From the NCBI GenBank assembly GCA_965261595.1, contig CBDHDG010000005.1, positions 160,001 through 224,000 on the forward strand: a DNA stretch of 64,000 nucleotides, written 5' to 3'. The position numbers and the translations under genes are program-made. Position 1 is the stretch's first letter, and every line of letters starts with the position of its first letter. Under the pieces are notes generated by a model. The model searched no databases, was not told the origin of the DNA, and saw nothing but the letters and a program-made list of their open reading frames with translations. Source of the DNA: a bacterium. GTDB taxonomy: Bacteria; UBA8248; JACPRG01; G963555815. Positions 20,568 through 29,226 of this stretch are shown one piece after another.

Positions 20568-21227
20568 TTGAATGGTCGCGTGAGATGCATCGGCGGGACG
20601 GCGGCCCTTGTGGGTTTCTTGCTCGCCGCGTGGGTTTTCACGGGGGGAGGGGCTCGCGCTCTGGCCGGTGAACCCCGGGAAGAGTTGAAAAGTTCCATCT
20701 CTCGGGTGTTGGAGGTGCTGAGGGATCCGGCTCTGAAGGGGAAGGAGCACCGGGAAGCCCGAAGGAAAAAGCTGCGCTCGATCATTCATGTCAGATTCGA
20801 TTTCGCTGAAATGGGGAAGCGGTCTCTCGCAAGGCAATGGTGGAAAAGGAGCCCGGAGGAAAAGAAGGAATTCGTCGACCTCTTCTCGCACCTTCTGGAA
20901 GACTCTTACGTGTCCAAGATCGAGGCCTATTCGAACGAGAAGATTGTTTATCCGAAGAAGCGCAAGGAAGAGCATTACGCCGAGGTCAATAGCAAGATCG
21001 TCCCGAAAAGCGGCCGGGATATCGCTATTGATTACCGGCTTCACAAGACGCCGGAAGGTTGGCTCGTCTACGACGTTATTATCGAAGGCGTGAGCCTGGT
21101 GGCGAATTACCGCAGGCAGTTCAAGCGCCTGATCCGGAGAAGCTCGTACGAGGAACTGCTTGCCCGCATGAAGACCAAGCGGGGAGGGTTCGAAGTCAAC
21201 ACCGACGGGAAGGGCAAAAAGTTATAG
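20568..21227 (+). CDS. mlaC: MlaC/Ttg2D periplasmic lipid-binding protein
   Basis: FDFAEMGKRSL, WLVYDVIIEGVSLVANYRRQF. Confidence 0.93.
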   Translation: MNGRVRCIGGTAALVGFLLAAWVFTGGGARALAGEPREELKSSISRVLEVLRDPALKGKEHREARRKKLRSIIHVRFDFAEMGKRSLARQWWKRSPEEKKEFVDLFSHLLEDSYVSKIEAYSNEKIVYPKKRKEEHYAEVNSKIVPKSGRDIAIDYRLHKTPEGWLVYDVIIEGVSLVANYRRQFKRLIRRSSYEELLARMKTKRGGFEVNTDGKGKKL

Positions 21228-21280
21228 ATGTAGCGTCTCGGACATCTCTTTTTGTCTCGAGACCCGAGCCTTCCTTCCCG

Positions 21281-21305
21281 CCCGGGCGGTGACGCCGGGG
21301 TTTTT
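21281..21305 (+). terminator. Possible intrinsic terminator after mlaC
   Basis: CCCGGGCG-GTGA-CGCCGGGG followed by TTTTT. Confidence 0.45.
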
Positions 21306-21561
21306 AGACGGGCCGGGCGCGGCGAAAGGTCGGCTTTGTTCTCGACGGGCTTGCTCACCCGCGGCTCCAATCACACTGATCTCCTGATTTTCATGCCTAC
21401 CCCTTGTGTCCGGCCGGTTTCAATCAGGCGCAAGCCCTTGAGCGCAATCAATGGTCCAATGAAGTCTTGATCCCATCGCGGACGATCCACCTTCCGTCCC
21501 CGGGAAGGCGATCAACCCGGATGGAAAGCGGACGCCGTTCGGATCCATCACCCGGGAGAGG

Positions 21562-22005
21562 ATGTTGGGACCGCCGATGAGTTTGGTTCGCATGACAGGC
21601 AGGCTGATCAAAGGCCGGGGGGAGGGGGCGGGATTCACACAGATTCCCTGGGTCAAGGAAGCCTTTACGCGGATTCTGGGTTTCGAGCCTTATCCGGGGA
21701 CGGTCAACCTTCGGGTGGATCTCTCCTCCGAGGCGAAGGACGCCCTGCGAATCATCCGAAAGTCGGAAGGGATTTTGATGCCGCCTCCGGAAGGGTCGGG
21801 ATTCTGCGCCGCCCGGTGTTTCCGGGGAAGGTTGGGGGCCGCGTGTTCCGCGGGCTTGGTCATCCCGGACGTGGAGGGTTACTACGAGGATGTATTGGAG
21901 CTCGTGGCGCCCGTGAACGTCCGGGAGGCCTTGGGGGTTTCCGAAGGGGAAACGATCGAGGTGGAGATCGATCTGGACTCCGGCCCGGAAAGCGGGGGGA
22001 CCTGA
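21562..22005 (+). CDS. ribK: CTP-dependent (archaeal-type, DUF120) riboflavin kinase
   Basis: GRGEGAGF...LGFEPYPGTVNL...LELVAPVNVREALGVSEG. Confidence 0.82.
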   Translation: MLGPPMSLVRMTGRLIKGRGEGAGFTQIPWVKEAFTRILGFEPYPGTVNLRVDLSSEAKDALRIIRKSEGILMPPPEGSGFCAARCFRGRLGAACSAGLVIPDVEGYYEDVLELVAPVNVREALGVSEGETIEVEIDLDSGPESGGT

Positions 22006-22280
22006 TGTCCGCGCCTCGGGTCCGTCCCGGATTCTGGCAAATCTGGAGACAAGGCCGGCTGGCGGTCCGGCTGTTGAAAGACGATCGGGTCCCCGCCTGG
22101 CCGAAGGCCATCTTGGCGCTGGGGATGGTCTATCTGCTGTCGCCCATCGACTTGATTCCGGATTTCTCCCTGCCCGGCTTGGGTTACGTGGACGACCTGT
22201 TTCTCCTCCTGCTGGCCCTGCGGGGGTTTATCGCGGTTTGTCCGAACCCTGTGGTGCGGGAGCACTTGCGGGGGATCTAG
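22005..22280 (+). CDS. DUF1232/YkvA-family membrane protein
   Basis: YLLSPIDLIPDF...GLGYVDD. Confidence 0.9.
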   Translation: MSAPRVRPGFWQIWRQGRLAVRLLKDDRVPAWPKAILALGMVYLLSPIDLIPDFSLPGLGYVDDLFLLLLALRGFIAVCPNPVVREHLRGI

Positions 22281-22586
22281 CCTCAATCCGGCGGCGCCTC
22301 TTTCCAGGATGTCCCGTTTCACAAGCCGACCCCCCCGCTTCTCTCCGGGGTCGCGTGAATCGCCGCAAAGCCCGTCCATTTCAGCGGCGGCGCGTTGCGC
22401 CCGCCTTTCTCGCTTTATCCGTTTTGGGCCGTATCGGTGTGCTTTGCGAATGGGTCTCGTTGCCGGAGATCCAACGTCCCGGCGCGCCGATGCCTCCGCG
22501 CGGCCATGATAGAGGTATCTCTTCCGGCCGGCCGGGTTTCATTCACGTCTGAACCGGCCGGGAAGGGGAAGCTCCTCTTCTCGTCG

Positions 22587-23126
22587 TCAATTGGGTTCGA
22601 CGGAGGCCTCCAGCGCGAAAGGTCCATGGGGCGACGTGAAGGGGATGATGAAGCTGAATCCGGCCGAGACGTGACTCAGGGTGTGTCCGTCGCCGGAGAC
22701 GACTGTGGGGAGACCCGCCTCCATGCTCACGCCGTGTTCGGACATCCGCCGCCGGGCGTCGCCGCAGATCATGTTTGTGAACTCGCCGATTGTGTCTTCG
22801 ACCTCTTTGTCGATTTCAGTCTTTTTGTCTCCGAACAGAGCCTCCGTGAGACCCAAGGCGCATTCCCGGCTGAAGCTCAAGGCCAGGGAGCCGCGCCCTT
22901 CACCGGCGAAACCAATGACGCCGCTGACAGCGAAATCCATAATGCCGACGACATCGGATCGCTCCTGGTCGGATCGCTTGATGCTGGGTGTGCCCGGCGT
23001 GGTTTCCAGGCCGGCCATCGAGCTCATGACCGATTTGGTTCCCTGGACGATGGCCTGGGCCATAATGGCGTAAAAGCTTTTGGCCTTCCCTTTTGTTGCA
23101 GTCGCTCCGTTCTCTGGCGGGGGCAT
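22587..23126 (-). CDS. cheX: Chemotaxis phosphatase CheX
   Basis: VSGVIGFAG...DTIGEFTNMICG...PTVVSG. Confidence 0.9.
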   Translation of the reverse strand: MPPPENGATATKGKAKSFYAIMAQAIVQGTKSVMSSMAGLETTPGTPSIKRSDQERSDVVGIMDFAVSGVIGFAGEGRGSLALSFSRECALGLTEALFGDKKTEIDKEVEDTIGEFTNMICGDARRRMSEHGVSMEAGLPTVVSGDGHTLSHVSAGFSFIIPFTSPHGPFALEASVEPN

Positions 23127-23254
23127 TCGAATTCCCTCCTCCTATTCTTGAGGGTGACGTTGTGCAAGCCGCGGGGCGCCCGTTCCCGCCGAAACGGGAA
23201 ATTGACGCTCGGCGCGGGATCGGAAGTGAGCTCCCGCTGCCGCGTTGTCAGCCT

Positions 23255-23647
23255 CTAGTTCAGGTTTTTGAAAATGGCAGTCATCTTCTCTTCAAGGACA
23301 TCCGGGGTGAATGGTTTCACCACGTAGTTGTTGGCCCCGGCCGAGATAGCCATGACGACGTTTTCCTTGAGGGCCTCGGCCGTGACCATGAGGAGGGGGG
23401 TGTTTTTGATTGACTCCTCCGCGCGAATGTTTTTCAAAAGGTCAAGACCATTCATGACGGGCATGTTCCAGTCGGAGACGACAAAATCAATCCCCCCGTC
23501 CTGGACGGCCTTGAAGGCCTCGGCGCCGTTCTCCGCCTCGACGATGTTTTCAAACCCAAGCTGGCGGAGAATACCCCGGACAATCCGCCTCATGGTTGAG
23601 AAATCGTCAACAACGAGGATCCGCATGTTTTTGTCCATCTCACTCAT
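23255..23647 (-). CDS. cheY: Chemotaxis response regulator CheY
   Basis: [29 protein letters not shown]. Confidence 0.96.
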   Translation of the reverse strand: MSEMDKNMRILVVDDFSTMRRIVRGILRQLGFENIVEAENGAEAFKAVQDGGIDFVVSDWNMPVMNGLDLLKNIRAEESIKNTPLLMVTAEALKENVVMAISAGANNYVVKPFTPDVLEEKMTAIFKNLN

Positions 23648-24080
23648 GTCCCTTTCCTAAACCGGTGCCGTGTGTGTTCAAGTTCGCCGACTCCATCGTG
23701 GCTTGTCCTTTCTAAGAGCTTCGGCGCTCGCCGGCGCGAGCGACCACGGGGGAGAACGAACTGCCTCGCCCCTATTTTGATTCGCGTCCCGGGGTGTTCC
23801 GGAAACGATGCGGGGCCGTCTCGTCTTGCGGCAATCAGACGGCTTTGTCTTCGGCGGCCCTTGCCGGTTTCATGTCCTCCCCCCTGTGGTTCGGATCACG
23901 CCCACAGCTTCAATATCGGTGAACGCGGCGTTGGACTTGAACGAAACGCATGCCGCCGGGGGGCGGCCCCAAATGAGCGGATCATCCGAACCTCGTCGGC
24001 CGATTTTCCGGACCCAATCCGTTGCCTGGGGATCGGCGGCGATTCGCGGTCCGCCGGCAAGGCCCTGGATTCCGATCGGG

Positions 24081-24410
24081 TTATTTGCAATCTTCGGCGA
24101 TGGCTTCCGTGATCTCCTTCAGGACGAGGGCCAACTTTTCATCCAGCGGATTGGCGCCGCGATCGTGGACGGACTCCGCAGCCGTCTAAGGTGATGCGTT
24201 GCCCCACCGGCCCGATGGGCCGCCCGCCGGTTGCGCCGCCGCCGTCGGGGCGTTTTGACTTCCCCCGGCGTTCGCCTCTTCTTCCGTCATGATGGCTTCT
24301 TTGATTTCCTGAAGCAGGAGATCGTCGGTCATCAGGCTGGATTCGCCGGCGTCTTGGATCTCCTCCGGCGGATTTTTTACTGACATGTCATCGCATTCCG
24401 TTTGGGACAT
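24081..24410 (-). pseudogene. Small acidic protein with a duplicated amphipathic helix, in-frame TAG at 24186-24188
   Basis: LLLQEIKEAIMTE before the stop and LVLKEITEAIAED after it, in the same frame. Confidence 0.45.
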
Positions 24411-25334
24411 TCCTGTGTCCACTCCCTGGTGTCCACCATAACCGGTGTGCATCCCATCGATCCCGGCCGAGCGTCTTCGATAGACCTTCAGGTCGTCTGT
24501 CTCGAAGCTCCCCGTTTCTTCCGGTGTCCTTCACGCAAGGCGGCCACGGAAGGGTGATTCCCGAAGAACCCTATAGGCCCATACGTCGCGGCGGCCCCTC
24601 CCCGCAGATGGGGGGCCATATCCATTTTCGTCAAGACCACAATGGTGATGAGCGCGATGAGCGAAAATTTCCCGGGAAAATCCTCATCCCGGCCGCCCAG
24701 TCCCTCTCAATAAGCCCGATGTGGTCTACACGGGGCATGGACCCTCTTGGGTCCGAGCCGCAAGGGCGTGATGGAGGGAGACGGCCCCGCGGATCATCCC
24801 TTACACTACGCATCGGCAAATTCCAGATAAGCATGAACTGCAATGGGTGTGCCGGAAGAGTCTCATCGAGCCGGAAAATGTGTGGGCCGGCCGGTCAGAA
24901 GCGCGATGGACCTGTAACAGATTGGAATCAAATAGGTTGGAACGATTTCCACCGCGTATGGATATGTTATGTCAACGGAAATCCCCGGGCGAGTTGTTTG
25001 AAGATGAATCCGGGTCTTGCGGGAAATCAGTCGGTTTTCCGACAGGATCCGCCTTCGCGCGAGTGATTTCATCCGGTGGATAAGCATCTTTCCATGGAGG
25101 GGGATTTCTTGCCGTTCATCCATCAAGATTCGGGACGGCCGGAGAGCGCCCCCTCGCGAAGGGCAAACGGGCGCGGCCGAAAGGGTCGACTTACAAGGTT
25201 GAAACCGAGTGCCGCTTCGCGTGCGCGAAAAAGAGATTTTTAGCAACCCGGGATGATTTCCCGTCATATAATGAGTGAAAAGACATGTGTTGTTAGCGTG
25301 TCGTCGGGGAAAGGGTTCCCCAGCGGGGTCGGTG

Positions 25335-25808
25335 ATGGGACGTCAAGAGGCCGAAGAGTTCTTTGCGCGGGCCTGGGAAAATCACCGCAAAGGGGACGTG
25401 GACCGCGCCATCGCGCTCTACGAAGAGTCCATCCGGGCATTCCCGACCGCCGAGGCCTACACCTTTCTGGGCTGGGCTTACAGCCATCAAGGGGATCTGG
25501 ATCGGGCCATTGAAGAGTGTCGCCGGGCCATCGAGACGGACCCGGATTATGGCAACCCCTATAACGACATCGGCGCGTACCTGGTCCAGAAGGGGAAGCA
25601 TGAGGACGCCATCCCCTGGCTTGAGAAGGCGATGCGCGCGGGGCGCTACGAGAGTTATCACTATCCCCACATGAATCTGGGGCGCGTCTATTTACATCAG
25701 AAAAATTACGTGAAGGCGATGGCGGAGTTCGAGAAGGCCCTGAAATTCGAGCCGGCGTATACGCTCGCGAAGGTTCAACTGGCCAAGTTGCGGGCGATGT
25801 TCAATTGA
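25335..25808 (+). CDS. Tetratricopeptide repeat protein
   Basis: AEAYTFLGWAY, NPYNDIGAYL, PHMNLGRVY repeats. Start uncertain. Confidence 0.9.
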   Translation: MGRQEAEEFFARAWENHRKGDVDRAIALYEESIRAFPTAEAYTFLGWAYSHQGDLDRAIEECRRAIETDPDYGNPYNDIGAYLVQKGKHEDAIPWLEKAMRAGRYESYHYPHMNLGRVYLHQKNYVKAMAEFEKALKFEPAYTLAKVQLAKLRAMFN

Positions 25809-26024
25809 GATCCCGGGAGTCAACGTCGAACTTTTGAAAAAATCCATCAGAACGGAAACGAGGCCCGTTCATGGCGGCGGTCCTTTGGGTTTCCCCGATC
25901 ACGGATCGCTTGCCCTTTGTATTGGTGAGGAATCCAGGCTACCCCCCCCCCCCCCAACCCTGAAGCCCCCGATGAGCGGACACAATGAGAGAAGGGCTTC
26001 CTCTTCTCCTGTGCGAAGCGCCGG

Positions 26025-27290
26025 CTAAGGAATTTCAGCGCGCGCGAAGGGGGCCTTCGCCGCGTCGAGATGCCTCTTGACGATGACGGCCTCCACCGTA
26101 CGCCGGCCGTCGCCGATCTCCAACGGCTGACCGGCCGCCAGGTCCGCGCGCAGATACGCCAAGCCGATGGCCCGGCGGCCGCTTTCCTCGGACGGATTCG
26201 CGCCATCAAATTGCCAATAGGGGATCATCGTCCCGCTGGTGACATGGCCCGCCGGCGCGCCCCCGCCCGACGGCGAGACCTCATGGCCCTGCCGGGCGAT
26301 TCCCCTTCCGGTGACCCTGAAGGGGAAGATCCGTTTGGGCAGCGTCCAGGACCCGGGCGGGCCGTCCATCTCTCCCTTGCGCCTCGCTTCCAGCTCCCGG
26401 TGCTGGGCTTGCAGAGCCTCCCGCCCGACGAAGTCGCCCTTTTCCTCCGAAAAGCTCACGGCGAAGCGTGAGAGGGGAACGGCGAAGATGGGGATGTCCC
26501 GGCCGTCGGGTCCTGGACCGAACTCGTGGCCGTAGAGCGGATAGCCCGCCTCCAGGCGCAATGAATCCCGGGCGCCCAGCCCCACGGGCGAGATCCCCAG
26601 AGGACCTCCCGCCGAAATCAGCCTCTCCCAAAGCCCGACAGCGAACTCCGCCGGCGTGAAAAGCTCGAATGAATGGGGCTCCCCGGTGTATCCCGTCCGG
26701 GAGAGGATGAGAGGCTGGGCCTCAATCTTTACGGATGTGAAGGAATTTCGCTTCGCTTCCAGGAGGGACCGGATGGCGCTTCTTGCCGGGTCGGGCAGCA
26801 TGGCTTCCAGGATGGCCGGAGATTCCGGACCCTGAAGAGAAGTCATGAAGAGGTCCGCGGTGATGTCCTTGAGCTCGGCCTTCGGGAATCGCTCCAGATG
26901 TTGGGACAGCACGCCGTAATCCTTGCCCGTGTTCGAGGCGTTGACGACCAGGAGGTAATCGCCTTCGCCCCGTTGATAGAGATAAGCGTCGTCCACCGCC
27001 GCGCCCGCCTCGTCGGGGATGATGGTGTACTGGGCGAGGCCGGGCGTCAGGGCGGAGGCGTCGTTGGTCAGCGTGTGTTGGAGGAAGGGGAGGGCTCCCT
27101 CGCCGCTCACCCGGAACCTCCCCATGTGGGAGATGTCGAACAAGCCCGCCCCCTTCCGCGTGGCCAGGTGCTCCGCGAGGATGCCCGGGGCGTAGTTCAC
27201 CGGCATGTCCCATCCGCCGAAAGGGACCATCCTGGCCCCGTTCTCGCGGTGCCAGCCGTTCAAAAGGGTTTTTTTCATTGCTTCGGTCAT
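26025..27290 (-). CDS. gcvT: Glycine cleavage aminomethyltransferase T
   Basis: PFGGWDMPV, GLFDISHMG, SRTGYTGE, GLGARDSLRLEAG. Confidence 0.95.
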   Translation of the reverse strand: MTEAMKKTLLNGWHRENGARMVPFGGWDMPVNYAPGILAEHLATRKGAGLFDISHMGRFRVSGEGALPFLQHTLTNDASALTPGLAQYTIIPDEAGAAVDDAYLYQRGEGDYLLVVNASNTGKDYGVLSQHLERFPKAELKDITADLFMTSLQGPESPAILEAMLPDPARSAIRSLLEAKRNSFTSVKIEAQPLILSRTGYTGEPHSFELFTPAEFAVGLWERLISAGGPLGISPVGLGARDSLRLEAGYPLYGHEFGPGPDGRDIPIFAVPLSRFAVSFSEEKGDFVGREALQAQHRELEARRKGEMDGPPGSWTLPKRIFPFRVTGRGIARQGHEVSPSGGGAPAGHVTSGTMIPYWQFDGANPSEESGRRAIGLAYLRADLAAGQPLEIGDGRRTVEAVIVKRHLDAAKAPFARAEIP

Positions 27291-27313
27291 GGTCTTTCTT
27301 CCGGATTGGCGGG

Positions 27314-28150
27314 TTATGGGGCGGTCGGCGTTTCGAGGGGAAGCTCTTCGTGGTCCCCCCACTCCTTCCAGGATCCGACGTAGTTCCGGACGTTCGGATA
27401 GCCGATGAGCCGTAACGCCAGGTAGGCATGGGCCGACCGGTAACCTCCCTGGCAGTAGGGGATGATGAGCTTCTCCGAGGTCACGCCCTGTCCCTCGTAC
27501 ATCGTTTTCAGCTCCGCCGCGGGTTTGTAGCAACCCTCCCCGTCCAGGTTCTTCGTCCATTCAATGTGGACGGCGCCCGGAATGGCCCCGCCCCGCTTGG
27601 CGCGGACGAGCTTTCCGGTGTATTCGTCGTCCGAGCGGGTGTCGAGGATGCAGACATCAGGATCCCCCAGCCGCGCCAGGATGTCGTCCGCGCTGGCCAG
27701 CCGGTCCGCGATCGGATGGTCGCCGACGAATTTCGTCGATTTCGTGTCCACGGGGTCCGTGCTCAGCGGAAGGCCCGCCGCCTTCCAGGCGCCGATTCCC
27801 CCGTCCAGGACGTGGACGTCTTCGTGTCCGAAGTATTCCAGGAACCAGAATCCGCGGCTCGACTTGAACCCGGAGTTTTCCTCGTAAAAGACGATGGTCT
27901 TATCGTCATCCACGCCCCGGCTCGCCATCAGGTAGGAGATCATCCACATGAACGCCGCGAGCGGATCGGGCCGCGTATCGTTCAGGCTGATCCCGAACAG
28001 GTCGAAGTGAACCGCCCCCGGGAGGTGTCCGCGGACGTAATCCGCCGTCGGCCGGACGTCGATAACCAGGAGCCTGTCCTCTCCGAGACGCTCGTTCAAC
28101 GGACGGGGGGCGAAAAGGAGGTTCGGATTTGCGTAATGGCGATCATTCAT
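27314..28150 (-). CDS. Two-domain rhodanese/sulfurtransferase
   Basis: GHLPGAV, LDGGIGAW, YCQGGYRS, YVGSWKEW. Confidence 0.93.
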   Translation of the reverse strand: MNDRHYANPNLLFAPRPLNERLGEDRLLVIDVRPTADYVRGHLPGAVHFDLFGISLNDTRPDPLAAFMWMISYLMASRGVDDDKTIVFYEENSGFKSSRGFWFLEYFGHEDVHVLDGGIGAWKAAGLPLSTDPVDTKSTKFVGDHPIADRLASADDILARLGDPDVCILDTRSDDEYTGKLVRAKRGGAIPGAVHIEWTKNLDGEGCYKPAAELKTMYEGQGVTSEKLIIPYCQGGYRSAHAYLALRLIGYPNVRNYVGSWKEWGDHEELPLETPTAP

Positions 28151-28272
28151 GGCCGGTTGATTCCGTTCGCGAGGCGGCCCCCCGACGCGATTCTGCCGGG
28201 ACGGCCCCGTTTCCTGGGTGGAGTCCGGAGCGGACCGCACCTGAAGGGGCGCCCCTCGATAGGTGGGGATCT

Positions 28273-28629
28273 CTATTCGTATTCCGTCTGGGTCTCCGTC
28301 AAATGAAGGTAATCTTCCCTCACCGGGCTGAAGATATCCAGGTTGAGGGCGGGCTCGTCTCCCAGGATATCGGCGAAGTGAATGACATCGGGAGGGATGA
28401 CGCAGAGGCTTCCCGGTCCCATCTCGTGGACCTCTTCCCCCACGGTGAAGCGGACCCGGCCCTTCAGGATGTATGCGAGCTGCTCGAAGGGATGGCTGTG
28501 CGGCCGCCTCTCCATGCCCGGCTGAAGCTCGTTGAGAACCATCAGCGTTTGGGCCGACCGAAAACCCTTGCGGCGCACCCCGGGACGGACTTCTTCCCAG
28601 GGGAGATTGTCCCAGTGGTATGTGTTCAT
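28273..28629 (-). CDS. Cupin-domain protein
   Basis: PHSHPFEQ...IPPDVIH...LDIFSPVREDY. Confidence 0.9.
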   Translation of the reverse strand: MNTYHWDNLPWEEVRPGVRRKGFRSAQTLMVLNELQPGMERRPHSHPFEQLAYILKGRVRFTVGEEVHEMGPGSLCVIPPDVIHFADILGDEPALNLDIFSPVREDYLHLTETQTEYE

Positions 28630-28830
28630 GTGTCTGTCCGGAATTCTTTCGTGGGTGGTGTTTCTCAGGCCCTCGTTTGAACCGATGGATGATTCGGTTT
28701 ACCGGGCGGATCGGGATTCAGTATGCGCCCGCCTCGACCGAGTCACCGTCCGCCTCGACGGGAATGGATGCCTGAGACGGAAGGACGAATCGAACTCAAA
28801 ATCCCCATAGATTACCGCCCGGGCCGGGGC

Positions 28831-28916
28831 TTGACAACCCAATATTGGGAACATGAGGCGGGTCTGCCGGTTTAATTTCCGTTACAAGCGCTCGAATGAC
28901 GGAAAAAGTCTTGACG
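28831..28916. promoter_or_regulatory. Divergent control region with operator-like inverted repeats
   Basis: TTGACA (28831) followed by palindrome CCCAATATTGGG (28838-28849); IR TTTCCGTTA-N12-TGACGGAAA (28876-28905) just before TTGACG (28911). No clean -10 box. Confidence 0.45.
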
Positions 28917-28957
28917 TGCTCAGAATTGCGGATAAGTAAGTGTTTGTCTTCAGTCTG

Positions 28958-29015
28958 ACCCCGGTGCATGGGTGACTTCCCGTCTGCCCTCCAGCCCATG
29001 CGGTGGGGTTTTTTT
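28958..29015 (+). terminator. Intrinsic terminator-like hairpin upstream of the Mo-hydroxylase gene
   Basis: ACCCC..GCATGGG pairs with CCCATGC..GGGGT, followed by T7. Confidence 0.6.
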
Positions 29016-29226
29016 GCCTGAAATCCGCGAAAATCCTTCCGGTTTCATCCGCCGGCGAAGCCGTCGGCCGGGTCATGCCCTCTATCATCCCGACGGGGTT
29101 GGGTCCCGGTCTCGACCCGGGCGCGGGCGGACGCCTGTTTCCGGCGGGCCGGTGGTTGAAATCCCGCGTCGTCGGCGGTAGGCTGGCGCTGTCCTGAGCA
29201 TTTCGCCAAGAAAATCCGGAGGAACC

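Noticed and set aside
21480..21561. FMN riboswitch upstream of the riboflavin kinase
   Set aside because: Only a CCGGATGG fragment resembles it; the conserved core is absent.
10855..24188. Genome-wide TAG reassignment suggested by three in-frame ambers
   Set aside because: TAG ends many genes at their expected C-termini (mlaC, DUF1232, cheY, gcvT, cupin, Mo subunit, MBL hydrolase, SDR).
25158..25200. c-di-GMP-I riboswitch-like GGGCAAAC...GAAAG
   Set aside because: The following GACGCAAAGC element and the pairing are missing.
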